Shown: positions 19,471 to 30,849 of the stretch, piece after piece
How the letters are laid out: each line of letters starts with the position of its first letter
Position numbering within the stretch: position 1 is the first letter of the stretch
Assembly: GCA_963752595.1 (NCBI GenBank)
Contig: CAVVYZ010000014.1
Span: forward strand, 1-64,000
Direction of reading: 5' to 3'
From: an uncultured delta proteobacterium
GTDB lineage: Bacteria > Desulfobacterota > Desulfomonilia > UBA1062
Length of the DNA stretch: 64,000 bases
Made by a program: the position numbers and the translations under genes
The notes under the pieces: generated by a model
The model's input: only the letters and a program-made list of their open reading frames with translations
What the model was told of the DNA's origin: nothing
Database searches by the model: none

Positions 19471-20006
19471 GGGACTACTACGGTATCACCGGGTTGAATA
19501 AGTATATTCTCGCGCTTGCCTTTTATGATTTTATCGTAATCCACCTCAAGGCGGACCTGCTCGTTCTTTTCGGTGCGCAGTACAACGATGTCGTCCGTTT
19601 CAGCCCATTGATTGAATCCGCCTGCCCTGGAAATGACCTGGGTCAACGTCATGGTGCGGTCGAGAACATATTCGCCCGGCTGGTTTACCTGACCCTGGAC
19701 ATAGAACCGCTTGCTCCGGGGTTCCCGGATGATAACGGCACAGTGCGGTTCCTTGATATATTTGGCAAGGATGGTTTCGATCTCTTTCTGAAGCTGGGGC
19801 GGTGTCTTTTCCGATGCCTGGAGGTCTCCCGCCAGGGGCAGGGAAATGTATCCGTCGCTCCTTACCGCCACCTGTCTGGAGAGGGTCTCCTCTCCCCAGA
19901 CGGAAATATCCAAAAGGTCGGACGGCCCTATGAGATATGAGGCTTCCTCTGCGGTTGCCGTGAGGGGAATAATGATGCCTAACAGTATCAAGAATATATT
20001 TTTCAT
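19467..20006 (-). CDS. Short OPX/Wza-family polysaccharide export protein (Poly_export plus SLBB)
   Basis: YLIGPSDLLDISVW, VRSDGYISLPLAG, VQGQVNQPG, QPGDTVVVP; no C-terminal helix and no lipobox. Confidence 0.9.
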   Translation of the reverse strand: MKNIFLILLGIIIPLTATAEEASYLIGPSDLLDISVWGEETLSRQVAVRSDGYISLPLAGDLQASEKTPPQLQKEIETILAKYIKEPHCAVIIREPRSKRFYVQGQVNQPGEYVLDRTMTLTQVISRAGGFNQWAETDDIVVLRTEKNEQVRLEVDYDKIIKGKRENILIQPGDTVVVP

Positions 20007-20023
20007 GGATTCAACCTCTTCTT

Positions 20024-21457
20024 TTACTTTTCAATGCCGCATTCCTTAATCTTGTAGAGAAGCGCTTTGTAGCTTATCTGAAGGAGGTTCGCAGCCCGTT
20101 TTTTATTCCAGTTCGTTCCCCGCAAGGCCTTGAGGATCATATCCCTCTCCGCCTTGACCGATGCCTCTTTCGCAGCGATCTTCAAGGGAATGACCTCACC
20201 CTCGTTGGGATCGATTTCAAGGGTTTCCGTCTTTGTTTCGCGGACCTGCTTTTCCTGGGGCAGGTGTGCTCCGCTGTTTTTCAAATATTTGATCAGGTCA
20301 TTGATATCCCCGAGGATAACCAGCCGTTTCACCTGATTTTTCAGTTCCCGTACATTCCCCGGCCATTGGTAAGCCAGACAGAAGGGATAGAGTGTCTCTT
20401 TATCGATCTGGATATTCTTGCCGTATTTCTCGTTATAGGCATCGAGAAAATACTCGAACAGATAGGTGATGTCTTCCTTCCTCTCGCATAACGGGGGAAT
20501 CGTGATATTGACGACGTTCAGCCGGTAGTAGATGTCCTCACGGAAGGTTCCCTGATCAACCGCCTTGTGCAGGTCCCTGTTGGTTGCGGCTATGACGCGG
20601 ACATACACCTTCACGTCCTGCTTGCCCCCGAGACGTGAGAAGGTGCCTTCCTGCAGAACCTGGAGGAGCTTAGACTGGATCCCCAGATCCATCTCGCCGA
20701 TCTCGTCAAGGAATATCGTTCCGGTGTTTGCGAGCTCGAACTTGCCGGCCTTGGCCTTATAGGCTCCGGTGAACGCCCCTCTCTCGTAGCCGAAGAGTTC
20801 GGACTCGAGGAGGTCATGGGGCAGTGCAGCGCAGTTCACTTTGACGAACGGTTTGTCCCGCAAGGTTGAACCGTAGTGGAGCGCCCGTGCCACGAGCTCC
20901 TTCCCCGTCCCGCTTTCGCCTTCGATGAGCACGCTCACATCCGTATCGGCGACCTGTTCGACAAGGTCTTTCACCCGCTGCATTTTCAGGCTGTTGTAAA
21001 TGAATTCTCCGCGGAGCTCGTCCACGCGCAGCTGCTTCTTGAGGCTTGAGATCTCGGTCAGCAGCTTCTTCTTTTCAAGGGATTTCGTGATGGCAAGCTC
21101 CAGCTCTTCCTCTTCGAAGGGCTTCACGAGGTAATCGGTGGCGCCCGCCTTCATGGCCTTTACGATGATGTTCGTCTGCCCTAACGCGGAAAGCATGAGG
21201 ATGGGCAGGTCGCTCGATATTTTCCGGATTTCATTAAGGGTCTCGAGGCCGTCCATCTCGGGCATGAGGATATCCAGGATAGCCAGAGAGATGTCGGAGC
21301 CGGTCCTCAGCTCATTGAGTGCATCCTTGCCGTTGGAGGCGGTCATGACATCATACCCCCCCTGGACGAGCAGCTTGGCTATGTACCTCCGAATACTTTC
21401 ATCATCATCAACAACGAGGATCCTGATCTTCTCACTTGTCATCATAAGGCCCACCAA
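20024..21457 (-). CDS. Sigma-54-dependent response regulator (NtrC/AtoC family)
   Basis: Receiver VVDDD...LDILMP; GESGTGKE; GAFTGA; WPGNVREL; C-terminal HTH. Confidence 0.95.
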   Translation of the reverse strand: MVGLMMTSEKIRILVVDDDESIRRYIAKLLVQGGYDVMTASNGKDALNELRTGSDISLAILDILMPEMDGLETLNEIRKISSDLPILMLSALGQTNIIVKAMKAGATDYLVKPFEEEELELAITKSLEKKKLLTEISSLKKQLRVDELRGEFIYNSLKMQRVKDLVEQVADTDVSVLIEGESGTGKELVARALHYGSTLRDKPFVKVNCAALPHDLLESELFGYERGAFTGAYKAKAGKFELANTGTIFLDEIGEMDLGIQSKLLQVLQEGTFSRLGGKQDVKVYVRVIAATNRDLHKAVDQGTFREDIYYRLNVVNITIPPLCERKEDITYLFEYFLDAYNEKYGKNIQIDKETLYPFCLAYQWPGNVRELKNQVKRLVILGDINDLIKYLKNSGAHLPQEKQVRETKTETLEIDPNEGEVIPLKIAAKEASVKAERDMILKALRGTNWNKKRAANLLQISYKALLYKIKECGIEK

Positions 21458-21478
21458 TACTTAACAATTAAGAATACA

Positions 21479-23455
21479 TTAATCATCTTCCCTATTCAAG
21501 GGTATTGTAATTACAAAATGTCCGCCTGCATCCGAGGGGCGGGCTTCCACGGACCCACCATGTGCGTGGACGATCTCCTTGGTGATGGAGAGCCCCAAAC
21601 CGATGCCTCCCTTTGCCCTGCCGCTGACCCCGACATAGAAGTCGCTGAACAGCTCTCTCGCTTCCTCGGATTTTATTCCCGGCCCCTGATCGAGGACCGA
21701 TATGATGGCGCTCTCCTGATTCAGAAGCTTAGTCATGGCATTCTGTTCCTGGATACCCCTGGAAACGCAGATCGTCACCAACCCTTCTTCAGGAGAGTGT
21801 TTGACGGCATTGTGAAGAAGATTGCACAGGGCCTGCTCGAACCTGATCGGGTCCACAAACAGCTCAGGGACGCTTTCTTCTCCCTTGAACTGAATCTTCA
21901 CCTTATGTTCCCTTGCCCCTATCTGCATGTTCCTCACAATGCTTTTCACATAGTCGGCGCTACTCACCTGCTGCTTATGCAGGGTAATCTTTTCGGTATT
22001 TATCTTTGCAAAATCAAGGAGGGAATTGCTGAAGTGCAGGAGTTTTTCACACTGGCCCTCGATTTCATGGATATTTTCTTTCTGTCCTTCTGAAAGCGTG
22101 CACTCCGTATCTTTTGAAAGCATCCGGGCATAGCCTCGGATCACCGTGAGCGGTACCCGTATCTCGTGGGATGCAACGTGGAGGAACCTCGTCTTCAAGG
22201 CAAGCAGTTCTTTCTTGCCGGTAATGTCCCGGACAACACCGATATAGCAGTCCTCGTTGTCGATCACGAGCCTGCCGATGCTGATCTCGAGGAAGAGCTT
22301 CTTGCCGTCTTTGCGGATCGACTGAATTTCCAGGTTCGGGATGAAGATGTTCCCTGACTGGAGCCTCAAGGAGGAAGCCAGAACGGCTACAGAGTCCTTA
22401 TCTACGAAGCGCCTGAAATGCTTGCCGGTAATCTCGTCCTGGTGGTAGCCGAGCATTTCCTGGAACTTTCTGTTCGTGAGCAGAAACCGCCCCTCCTTGA
22501 TGATGTACATCGCATCAAGGGCATTTTCCACCATATCTTTGTACTGATCCTTCACCCTGACAAGCTCCCGTTCCTTGAACCGGTCAATGGTAACATCGCG
22601 CACGCAGATAAGGATCTGCCGGGAAGGCTTCATGGGCAGCGCGGAAAGCTCCATGTTCAGCACATTGCCGTCGTTTTCCACATCCAGGGCTATCTCCCGG
22701 ATCTCGGACTTCAATCTCCGCAGGACATCCTCCGGGACCAGAGGACAGATGTTCCCGCCTGCATCCATGCCGAGCAGATGTGATGCCTTCTTGTTGATGG
22801 AGGTTATGATCCCGTCGAAATCGATTGTCATGACCCCGACGGACATGCAGGTGAAGATCCTGAAGATATTCTTCCCGAACTCGGCCACCGCCTTATCCGT
22901 CATGGAGAGGTCTGTCTTGAGGATAGAGTTGAAATCTTCCATCTCCTTCATCACCCGCGCATTTCTCAAGGCAAGCGCTGCAGGGGAAAGGAGGATGTTG
23001 ACGAGCTTCAGATCCTGCTCGTCAAAGGCTTTTGCGCTCGAGTGACTCACGTTCAGGACGCCTACCAGCTCTTTCTTCCCGTAAACCAGGGGCATGCTCA
23101 ATAGGGATCCGACCCGGATTTTCATATCTTTCGATTTGAACAAAGGATTTTTTGAGGCATCATCGATGATAATGGGTTCGAGATTTACGGCAACTCTGCC
23201 TGCAATTCCTTCCCCAAAAGGGAAAACATGCCCGAGAGACGATTCCGAGTACCGTGATATTTTATCCTGATTACCTTTGGCAGCCTTTATCTCCAGCCTA
23301 TCACCGTCGGGGGAGGGCATCATGATGGAGGCATTTTCCGCAGCCGTCTCGTCAATGACGATATCCAGTATTGCCCCGGCGACTGCCTCGACATCGGGTG
23401 CATGGGATATGGCCTCATTCACCCGCCTGAAGACTGTCAGTTCCTTATCAATCAT
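21479..23455 (-). CDS. Cytoplasmic GAF-PAS-PAS sensor histidine kinase
   Basis: GEGIAG GAF motif, PAS repeats, H-box SHEIRVPLT, NLLHNAVKH, DQGPG, GIGLGL. Confidence 0.93.
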   Translation of the reverse strand: MIDKELTVFRRVNEAISHAPDVEAVAGAILDIVIDETAAENASIMMPSPDGDRLEIKAAKGNQDKISRYSESSLGHVFPFGEGIAGRVAVNLEPIIIDDASKNPLFKSKDMKIRVGSLLSMPLVYGKKELVGVLNVSHSSAKAFDEQDLKLVNILLSPAALALRNARVMKEMEDFNSILKTDLSMTDKAVAEFGKNIFRIFTCMSVGVMTIDFDGIITSINKKASHLLGMDAGGNICPLVPEDVLRRLKSEIREIALDVENDGNVLNMELSALPMKPSRQILICVRDVTIDRFKERELVRVKDQYKDMVENALDAMYIIKEGRFLLTNRKFQEMLGYHQDEITGKHFRRFVDKDSVAVLASSLRLQSGNIFIPNLEIQSIRKDGKKLFLEISIGRLVIDNEDCYIGVVRDITGKKELLALKTRFLHVASHEIRVPLTVIRGYARMLSKDTECTLSEGQKENIHEIEGQCEKLLHFSNSLLDFAKINTEKITLHKQQVSSADYVKSIVRNMQIGAREHKVKIQFKGEESVPELFVDPIRFEQALCNLLHNAVKHSPEEGLVTICVSRGIQEQNAMTKLLNQESAIISVLDQGPGIKSEEARELFSDFYVGVSGRAKGGIGLGLSITKEIVHAHGGSVEARPSDAGGHFVITIPLNREDD

Positions 23456-23488
23456 AATTTTCCCGATAGCGAGATCTCTTGTCGATCC

Positions 23489-24958
23489 TTATCGGTTACG
23501 TTTCTTCGCCTTCTTTACAGCCTTTCTCATGTCTTTTCGTTTTTTCAGGTCCACAAGGTTCTTCTTGGGCCTGTTGGGGAGCTGCTCATCGATCATCCCT
23601 GCAAGCCCGGGGTCGAGGCCGAGCCTGCCGAGCGCCTTCTTCTTACCCGAACCCAGGCTCCGCATGAGACCCCGCATGGTATTGAACCTGGTCATCAGCT
23701 CAACTACCTTGTTCCTCGGCTGACCGCACCCCGATGCGATCCTGGCCACACGGCTGTCGTTCAGGGAGTCGGGATGCTCCCGCTCATAAACCGTCATGGA
23801 ATTGATGACGGCCTCTACGCGCATGAGTTCACGGTCATCCACCTGCATGCCCTGGGGTACCCCGAACTGGCCCAAAGGAAGCTTGCTGATGATATCCGTC
23901 AAGGAGCCCATTTTTTTCATGACCTTAAGCTGTTTGAGAAAATCGTTGTAGGTGAAGTCTCCCCTGAGGAGCTTTTGCGCATCTTCCTCAGCCTTCTTTT
24001 CATCCACGACTTCCTCGAAGTCCTTGACCAGGCCCACGATATCGCCGAAGCCCAGGATCCTGGATGCAAGGCCATCGGGTCTGAACTCTTCGAGACGGTC
24101 CAGGGACTCGCCCATGCCGAGAAACTTGATAGGCTTTTTGGCGACTTCCTTGATTGAAAGCGCAGCGCCTCCCCTGGCGTCACCGTCGAGCTTCGTGAGG
24201 ATGAACCCGGAGAGATCGAGCCTCCGGTCGAATTCCTGAGCCACGTTGACGGATTCCTGCCCGATCATGGCGTCTACGACGAGCAGAATGTTTTCCGGGC
24301 TCGTGATCTTTTTAATATCCTCGAGCTCCCTCATGAGCACATCATCCACGATGGTGCGGCCTGCGGTGTCGAAAAGGACCACGTTGCAGCCCTTGAACTG
24401 GGCGGCTTCCATGGCGTCTTTACAGATCTGGGGAGGCGTCTTTCCCGGGGCGGAGAATACCGGGATCTCAAGGCGGTTCCCCAGTACCTTGAGCTGATCG
24501 ATGGCTGCAGGGCGATACACGTCGGCTGCAACCATCATGGGCTTTTTCCCGCTTTTTTCAAGATACCTGGCAAGCTTGGCAGTGGTAGTGGTCTTACCGC
24601 TTCCCTGCAATCCCACCATCATGATAGCGCTCACAGGACGGGCTCCCAGGTTCAGCGATGTATCGACCGGGCCCATGAGGCCGGAGAGCTCGTCGTAGCA
24701 GATCTTGATGAAATGCTGTTCCGGTGTTGCCTTTAATTTTTTTCCGCCGTGGGACACGCGGGTCTGGATGATCTCTCCCAGGGCCTTTTCCTTAACGCGA
24801 TCAATAAAGGATTTTACGACATGGAATTCGACATCCGCCTCCAGAAGCGATATGCGGATCTCCTTGATCGCATCTTCTATATGCTTCTCTTGGATGGTCG
24901 TTTTTCCCTGGAGCAGTTCCTGGGCCTTTTTGAATCCGCCGGATATCATTTCGAGCAT
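23489..24958 (-). CDS. ffh: Signal recognition particle protein
   Basis: LLEADV, GLQGSGKTTT, DTAGR, TKLDGDARGGAALS, M domain with INSMT..ER. Confidence 0.96.
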   Translation of the reverse strand: MLEMISGGFKKAQELLQGKTTIQEKHIEDAIKEIRISLLEADVEFHVVKSFIDRVKEKALGEIIQTRVSHGGKKLKATPEQHFIKICYDELSGLMGPVDTSLNLGARPVSAIMMVGLQGSGKTTTTAKLARYLEKSGKKPMMVAADVYRPAAIDQLKVLGNRLEIPVFSAPGKTPPQICKDAMEAAQFKGCNVVLFDTAGRTIVDDVLMRELEDIKKITSPENILLVVDAMIGQESVNVAQEFDRRLDLSGFILTKLDGDARGGAALSIKEVAKKPIKFLGMGESLDRLEEFRPDGLASRILGFGDIVGLVKDFEEVVDEKKAEEDAQKLLRGDFTYNDFLKQLKVMKKMGSLTDIISKLPLGQFGVPQGMQVDDRELMRVEAVINSMTVYEREHPDSLNDSRVARIASGCGQPRNKVVELMTRFNTMRGLMRSLGSGKKKALGRLGLDPGLAGMIDEQLPNRPKKNLVDLKKRKDMRKAVKKAKKRNR

Positions 24959-25236
24959 GATCAGTCTCCTTCATCCTTGAAAAGGAACGCTATGCTATCG
25001 GATATTCATGTGTTTTGTCAACTCTTTGGAAGCTTGTGCAGTAATCGCCTCTTTCGTGAAAAACGGATTGTCCACCTCTTTGGATACGCATAGCCATAGC
25101 CGTCATGCCCCTTTGAAATAAATACGGTTATCGCCGACATATTGTCAAGGACATTGAACGCAGTAATCGGGGCACACAAGATTGCCCAAAGACACTATTC
25201 TTCACCCGAAGAAACAAAGAAAGCAAAGATGGCGGA

Positions 25237-25260
25237 CCGCCCGGTGATATTACCGGGCGG
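25237..25260 (-). terminator. Hairpin downstream of the por/NuoEFG-like operon
   Basis: CCGCCCGGT-GATATT-ACCGGGCGG, 9-bp stem, with a pyrimidine-rich tract downstream on the minus strand. Confidence 0.6.
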
Positions 25261-25312
25261 AAATTTCAGCTTTTCTTACGCTCGCGCGCAGGCGATTATC
25301 CGCAGATGCCGG

Positions 25313-26044
25313 TTAACGGTGATCAGGGCATTTGTCGAAGAAAGATCTTGTCCTTGCCTGTCGTCTTGACGATCCAGTCGACCTGGGCCTCGGGGATATA
25401 GGGGTTGCCGCACACGCTGCAGGCGACCATCTTGAACTTCCTGCCCCAGATCTTCCTGACGCCTTTTCCGTCCTCCATGGCGATGGCATGCGTGGGGCAT
25501 GCATATGCGCAGGCGCCGCACCCGATGCAGGCTAAAGAGTCCTTGTGGTACGGGGTTCCCGGTGTCTTTTCCCGGCCACGGTTCTGCATGGAGATGGCGC
25601 ACACCCCCACCACCTCTTCGCACACCTGGGTGCACAGCGCGCATGCGATGCATTTGTAACGGTTGTTCTCGCCCTCGTCCTTGAAGAACCGCGGCTCGGT
25701 GATGCCGTACTTCGCGGCCATGTCCTGAATGACGTCCGAATCGGGCACCCGGCAGAGGAGGAGTTCCAGCACGCCCTTGCGTATTTTGCGACCAGCTCGG
25801 TGTCGGTCTTGATCTCCAGGCCCTTCCGCACCGGATAGTTGCAGGAGGTGACGATCCGCATCCTGCCGCCCTGGTGGGCCTCCACAAGGCATACCCGGCA
25901 GGAGCCGCCGCTGCTCTCCACCTCCGGATGATAGCACAGGGCCGGGATGTCGATGCCGTTTTCCCGTGCCAGCCATCAAGAACGGTCTGGTCTTTGATGG
26001 CCTCGACCGTCTTGCCCGTCAATCGTTATCGTGATCTTTTCCAT
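25313..26044 (-). CDS. NuoG/HydA N-terminal-type Fe-S protein (2Fe-2S plus 4Fe-4S clusters, no catalytic domain); frameshifted
   Basis: MEKITITIDG, IPALC, GSCRVCLVE, TSCNYPV, CIACALCTQVC, CIGCGACAYACP, CSVC; ends DKCPDHR. Confidence 0.8.
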
Positions 26045-26055
26045 GTCTATTATCC

Positions 26056-27933
26056 TTATCCAATCCTTACTGCATCGAAGTTGCAGACGTCTTTGCATAC
26101 GCCGCACTTGATGCACTTGCTCTTGTCGATGACGTGGGCCTTCTTCCGCTCGCCCGTGATGCATTCCTGCGGGCATTTCTTGGCGCACAGGGTGCAGCCC
26201 GTGCAGGCTTCCGCGTCGATGCGGTACGTGATGAGGCTCTTGCACACACCCGCGGGGCATTTCTTGTCCCTGATATGCGCCATCGTACTCGTCGCGGAAG
26301 TATTTGATGGTGGAGAGCACCGGGTTCGCCGCCGAGTTGCCCAGACCGCAGAGCGCCGCCGTAGCTGAGCACGTCGCAGAGTTCCTCGAGCATCGCGATA
26401 TCGCCGTCCTTGCCCTTGCCTTCGGTGATGTCGGTGAGTATCTTGTGCATTCGCGGCAGGCCGTCCCTGCAGGGGGTGCACTTGCCGCAGGATTCTTCCA
26501 CCAGGAAGCCGATGAAGTACTTGGCCACATCCACCATGCAGGTGTTCTCGTCCATGACGATGATGCCGCCCGAACCCATCATGGAACCTGCCTCGGTCAA
26601 GGCTGTCGAAGTCAACGGGCAGGTCGGACTAGGCTCTCCGGGATGCAGCCGCCCGAGGGGCCGCCGGTCTGGACGGCCTTGAACCTTTGCCGTTCAGAAC
26701 GCCGCCGCCGATCTTTTCCACGAGCTCGCTGATGGTGATGCCCATGGGCACTTCCACCAGGCCCGTGTTGTTCACCTTGCCCACCAGGGAGAAGACCTTG
26801 GTGCCCTTGGAGCCCTTGGTGCCCGAAGGCGGCATACCAGTCGGCGCCGTTTAGGATGATCACCGGGACATTGTTCCAGGTCTCCACGTTGTTCAGGACC
26901 GATGGGCTTGTCGTAGAGGCCTTTCTCGACCGAGCGGATATACTTGGCCCGGGGCTCGCCCACCTTGCCTTCCAGCGAGCGCATGAGCGCCGATGACTCG
27001 CCGCAGACGAAGGCGCCGCCGCCGCGGCTGATCTTGATGTCGAAATCGAAGTTCGAGCCCAGGATGTTCTCGCCGAGGAAGCCCATCTCTCGCGCGTCGC
27101 GCGATGGCGCTGTCTGGAGGTTCTTGACCGCCAGGGGATACTCGTCGCGCACGTAGATGTAGCCCTGTGTGCGCGCCGATGGCATAGGCGCCGATGATCA
27201 TGCCCTCGATGACCGAGTGCGGGTCGCCTTCCATGATGGAGCGGTCCATGAACGCCCCGGGGTCGCCCTCGTCGCCGTTGCACATGACGTAGCGGACATC
27301 CGAGTCGACGGCCCTGCAGGAGCGCCACTTGGTGCCCGTGGGGAATCCGCCGCCGCCGCGGCCGCGCAGGCCCGACTGCCTCCACTTCGGTGATGATGTC
27401 CTCGGGGTTCATGGTGAGCGCCTTGGCCAGGCCCTTGTAGCCGTCACGCAAGATGTAATCGTCGATGGAGGTCGGGATCGATATTGCCGATGTTCCGGAG
27501 CGCGATGCGCTTCTGGTATTTATAGAAGGGGATGCTCGTGATACTCGGCGATGGTCTCCTTGGTGTTCACGTCCTTGTAGATCAGCCGTTCGATGATCGG
27601 CTCGCCCTTGATGCTCTTCTCCACGATCTCGGGCACATCCTTGGGCTTCACCTTCAGATAGAGGATGTCCTTGGGCCGGAGCACAACCAGCGGGCCGTTC
27701 TCGCAGTACCCGTGGCAGCCGGTGGTCTTGAAGCCGAGATTCACGTCGATCTGCAAGGCCCTGTTTTTCGATCTCTTCGCGTGAATGCCTCGGCAACGTC
27801 GCGTGCGCCGTTTGCCTGGCAGCCGGTTCCGAAGCAGATCAGGACGGTGGGAAGATCCTTGTTTTGAGGACGCCTTGAGTCTTCTCCCTGTACTTTTCCA
27901 GCTGCTCAAAAGATGTATTGCTTGCATCTGCAT
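26056..27933 (-). CDS. NuoF/HydB-type FMN- and NADH-binding subunit; several frameshifts
   Basis: [17 protein letters not shown]-type loop, [43 protein letters not shown]-terminal [12 protein letters not shown] and [11 protein letters not shown]. Confidence 0.9.
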
Positions 27934-27940
27934 TCACCCT

Positions 27941-28408
27941 TTATTTGTATTTGTTGAGGACATCCATGATCTTCGAGGGCCTGCGTGTGGCCGTAATAGT
28001 CCTCGTCCACCACGACGACCGGCGCCATGGCGCAGGCCCCGACGCAGTTCACGCTTTCTATCGTGAACTTCATCGTCTTTCGTGGTGTGGTTCCGCTTAA
28101 CCTTGAGCTCGCGCTCGATGGTCTCCATGATCTGGCCCGCACCCTTGAGGTGGCAGGCGGTACCCATGCATACCTTGATGGTATGCTTGCCCCTGGGCTC
28201 CAGCGAGAGGGCCTTGTAAAAAGTCCCCATCGCGTAAATCTTGCTCTCCGGGACGTCCATGAACTTCGCTCAGCCGTCTTCATCCCTCTTCGGGAACGTA
28301 GTGGAATTCCCGCTGGAAATCCTGGAGGATTGCCAGCAGCGATTCCTCGGATTTATCGTACCTGTGATGATGATCTTCGTCGATCTTTCTTCGTATATCG
28401 ACAGCCAT
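27941..28408 (-). CDS. NuoE/HydC-type 2Fe-2S subunit; frameshifted
   Basis: TFYKALSLEPRGKHTIKVCMGTACHLKG and VNCVGACAMAPVVVV. Confidence 0.9.
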
Positions 28409-28410
28409 AA

Positions 28411-29343
28411 TCAACCCTCTTCGCTCAGTTTCAGGATCTTCTGTAGTCTCTGTCCATCTGCTCCTGGATCTTCTCGATGTCCGTCGTCGGTCAGGTGCCG
28501 GAACCGGCCCTGTCCCTTAAGGTAATCCTGCACGGGATGAGCTGCTTGACGGCTTGTAGCGTAAGCTTGTACTTGCCCGTCGATCACCTCGTAGAGCGGG
28601 AAAACGCAGGAATCCACCGCCAGCCTGCCGTACTTGATGGCATCCTCGGTGGGGATCCGCCATCCGGTGGGGCACACGGAAAGGACATGAACATATGCGG
28701 CGCCCGGGGTCTCCGCCGCCCTCTTCACTTTGTCCATGAGGTCGAAGGGGAAGCTCGAGCAGGCCGTGGCGACATAGGGGATGTTGTGTGCCACGGCGAT
28801 CTGGGCCATGTTCTTCTTCTGGGTATGCTGGCCGATGCTCGCCTTGCCTGCCGGGCTCGTGGTGGTGCTGGCGCCGTAGGGGGTGGAGCTCGAACGCTGG
28901 ATGCCCGTGTTCATGTAGGCCTCGTTGTCATAGCAGACGTAGACCATGTCGTGCCCGCGCTCCAGCGCGCCGGAGAGCTGGCCCATGCCGATATCGGCCG
29001 TGGCGCCGTCGCCGCCCATGGCCACGAAGTTGATCTTTTTCGCGGGGAGCTTGCCTTTGCGCATCATGGCCTTCATGCCCGACTTCGCACACCGGAGATG
29101 ACCGCGGAGGAGTTCTCGAAGGCGTTGTGGATCCAGGGCACCTTCCAGGAGGTCAGGGGCAGCGGCGAAGAGATGATCTCCATGCAGCCCGTGGACATGG
29201 CTACGATGGTGTCCCTGCCCAGGGCCTTCATCACGAGCCGGACGGCCAGCGCCTCGGCGCACCCCTGGCAGGCCCGGTGGCCCGAGGTGAAGTATTCGGT
29301 CTTGTTCGACCAGTCGCGCTGAGAAAACCGAGAATTTATCCAT
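28411..29343 (-). CDS. porB: Pyruvate/2-oxoacid:ferredoxin oxidoreductase beta subunit; compensating frameshifts
   Basis: GHRACQGC in the alternate frame; TPP motif GGDGATADIG...YDNEAYMNTGIQRS; CPTGW. Confidence 0.9.
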   Translation of the reverse strand: MDKFSVFSARLVEQDRILHLGPPGLPGVRRGAGRPARDEGPGQGHHRSHVHGLHGDHLFAAAPDLLEGALDPQRLRELLRGHLRCAKSGMKAMMRKGKLPAKKINFVAMGGDGATADIGMGQLSGALERGHDMVYVCYDNEAYMNTGIQRSSSTPYGASTTTSPAGKASIGQHTQKKNMAQIAVAHNIPYVATACSSFPFDLMDKVKRAAETPGAAYVHVLSVCPTGWRIPTEDAIKYGRLAVDSCVFPLYEVIDGQVQAYATSRQAAHPVQDYLKGQGRFRHLTDDGHREDPGADGQRLQKILKLSEEG

Positions 29344-29353
29344 AGCTCTCTCC

Positions 29354-30544
29354 TTATCCTCTCAATCCGTAAAGGGTAAACCCGTCGGTGTCGCCCTGCG
29401 GCCGCCTTTGCCTTGCCTTCGAGGATGATGTTCCTGAAGTCGTTGCGCGGACACGTCCCTGCCGGCCAGTCCGGCGACGTAGTTCACGATGGTGGGCGCT
29501 CCCTGCTTGTTGTAGAGCGCCGAGCGCAGTTCCAGATGCCACCGGGCCGCCGGGGCCGCCGAAGCTGATGGCGCGGTCGATGACGATGAGGATCTTCTTG
29601 CCCAGCACCGCCTTGCGGAAATCCTCGAAGGGGAACGGCCTCCAGAGCCGGATCTTCACGACCCCGACCTTTTCGCCCTCGTCCCGCAGCTGCATCAACG
29701 ACCTCCATGGCGGTCTCGCCGAAGGAGCCCATGGTCACGATGCAGTAGTCGGCATCATCGCGCCGGTAGGTCTCCACCGGGTGGTAGTGCCTGCCGGTGA
29801 GCTTGCCCCACTCCTCCCATGCCTTGAGAATCTCGGGTAGGAGTTCACTAAGGCCGTGCTCCCGGCCCATCTGCGCCTCGGTGTATATCTCGGGCATGCG
29901 CGAAACAGCCCATGGACACCGGGTTGTCCGGATGCAGGGCGTTCTTCATCTTGAACTTCGGGCAGGTATTTCTTTATCAGTCTCGTCATCCTCGATACTC
30001 GACGGGCTCGATCATGTGGGTGAGGATGAAGCCGTCGAGGTTCATGGCCAGCGGCAGCATGACCTCCGGGTCTTCGGCGATCCTGAAGGCGCAGAAGACG
30101 TTGTCGTAGGCTCTCCTGGCCGTTTTCCACGAAGATGTGGATCCAGCCGGCGTCGCGCACCATCATGACGTCCGTATGGTCGTTCCAGATGGAAAGCGGG
30201 CCGGAAAGGGACCTGTTGGCCAGCGCCATGACCATGGGGAGCCTCATGGCGGCGGTGATGTAGAAGATCTCGGCCATGAGGGCCAGTCCCTGGGAGCTCG
30301 TGGAGGTGAAGGTTCTTGCGCCCACTGCCGCGGAACCGCAGCACACGCTCATGGCCGAATGCTCGCTCTCCACCGGGACGAACTCCGCATCGAGCTCGCC
30401 CTCGGCCACGATATCGGAGAGGTGCTCCACGATATGGGTCTGCGGGGTGATGGGATAGGCGGCGATGACATCGCACATCCGCCTGTGCGACGGCCTCCGC
30501 CATGGCGATGCGATACTTCGATTCCTTTGCGTCTGCCTAGCCAT
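29354..30544 (-). CDS. porA: Pyruvate/2-oxoacid:ferredoxin oxidoreductase alpha subunit; frameshifted
   Basis: [51 protein letters not shown]. Confidence 0.92.
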
Positions 30545-30546
30545 GC

Positions 30547-30842
30547 TTATCCCTCCTCGCTTACCATCGTGATGCAGCCTACCGGGCATTCCTTGGCGCA
30601 GATGCCGCACCCCTTGCAGTAGTCGAGATCGGCCTCGAAATGACCGTCCGCCGCCTGCTACGATGCACGAGTCCGGGCAGAACAGCCAGCAGACGCCGCA
30701 CTTGATGCACTGCTGCCTTGTCCACAACCGGCCGTTCGGAACGCCAGGAGCCGGTCTCATACTGCCGGGCGTTGCCTGTCTCCATGACGACCGCCCCGAT
30801 TTCCAGTTCCTGCCATGTTATCTGATCCATTGGTTTTGCCAT
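30547..30842 (-). CDS. porD: Oxidoreductase delta subunit (2x4Fe-4S); frameshifted
   Basis: [36 protein letters not shown]. Confidence 0.9.
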
Positions 30843-30849
30843 GGTCTAC

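Noticed and set aside
25313-28408. Respiratory complex I or [FeFe]-hydrogenase
   Set aside because: No membrane nuo genes and no H-cluster motifs; only the soluble E/F/short-G module is present.
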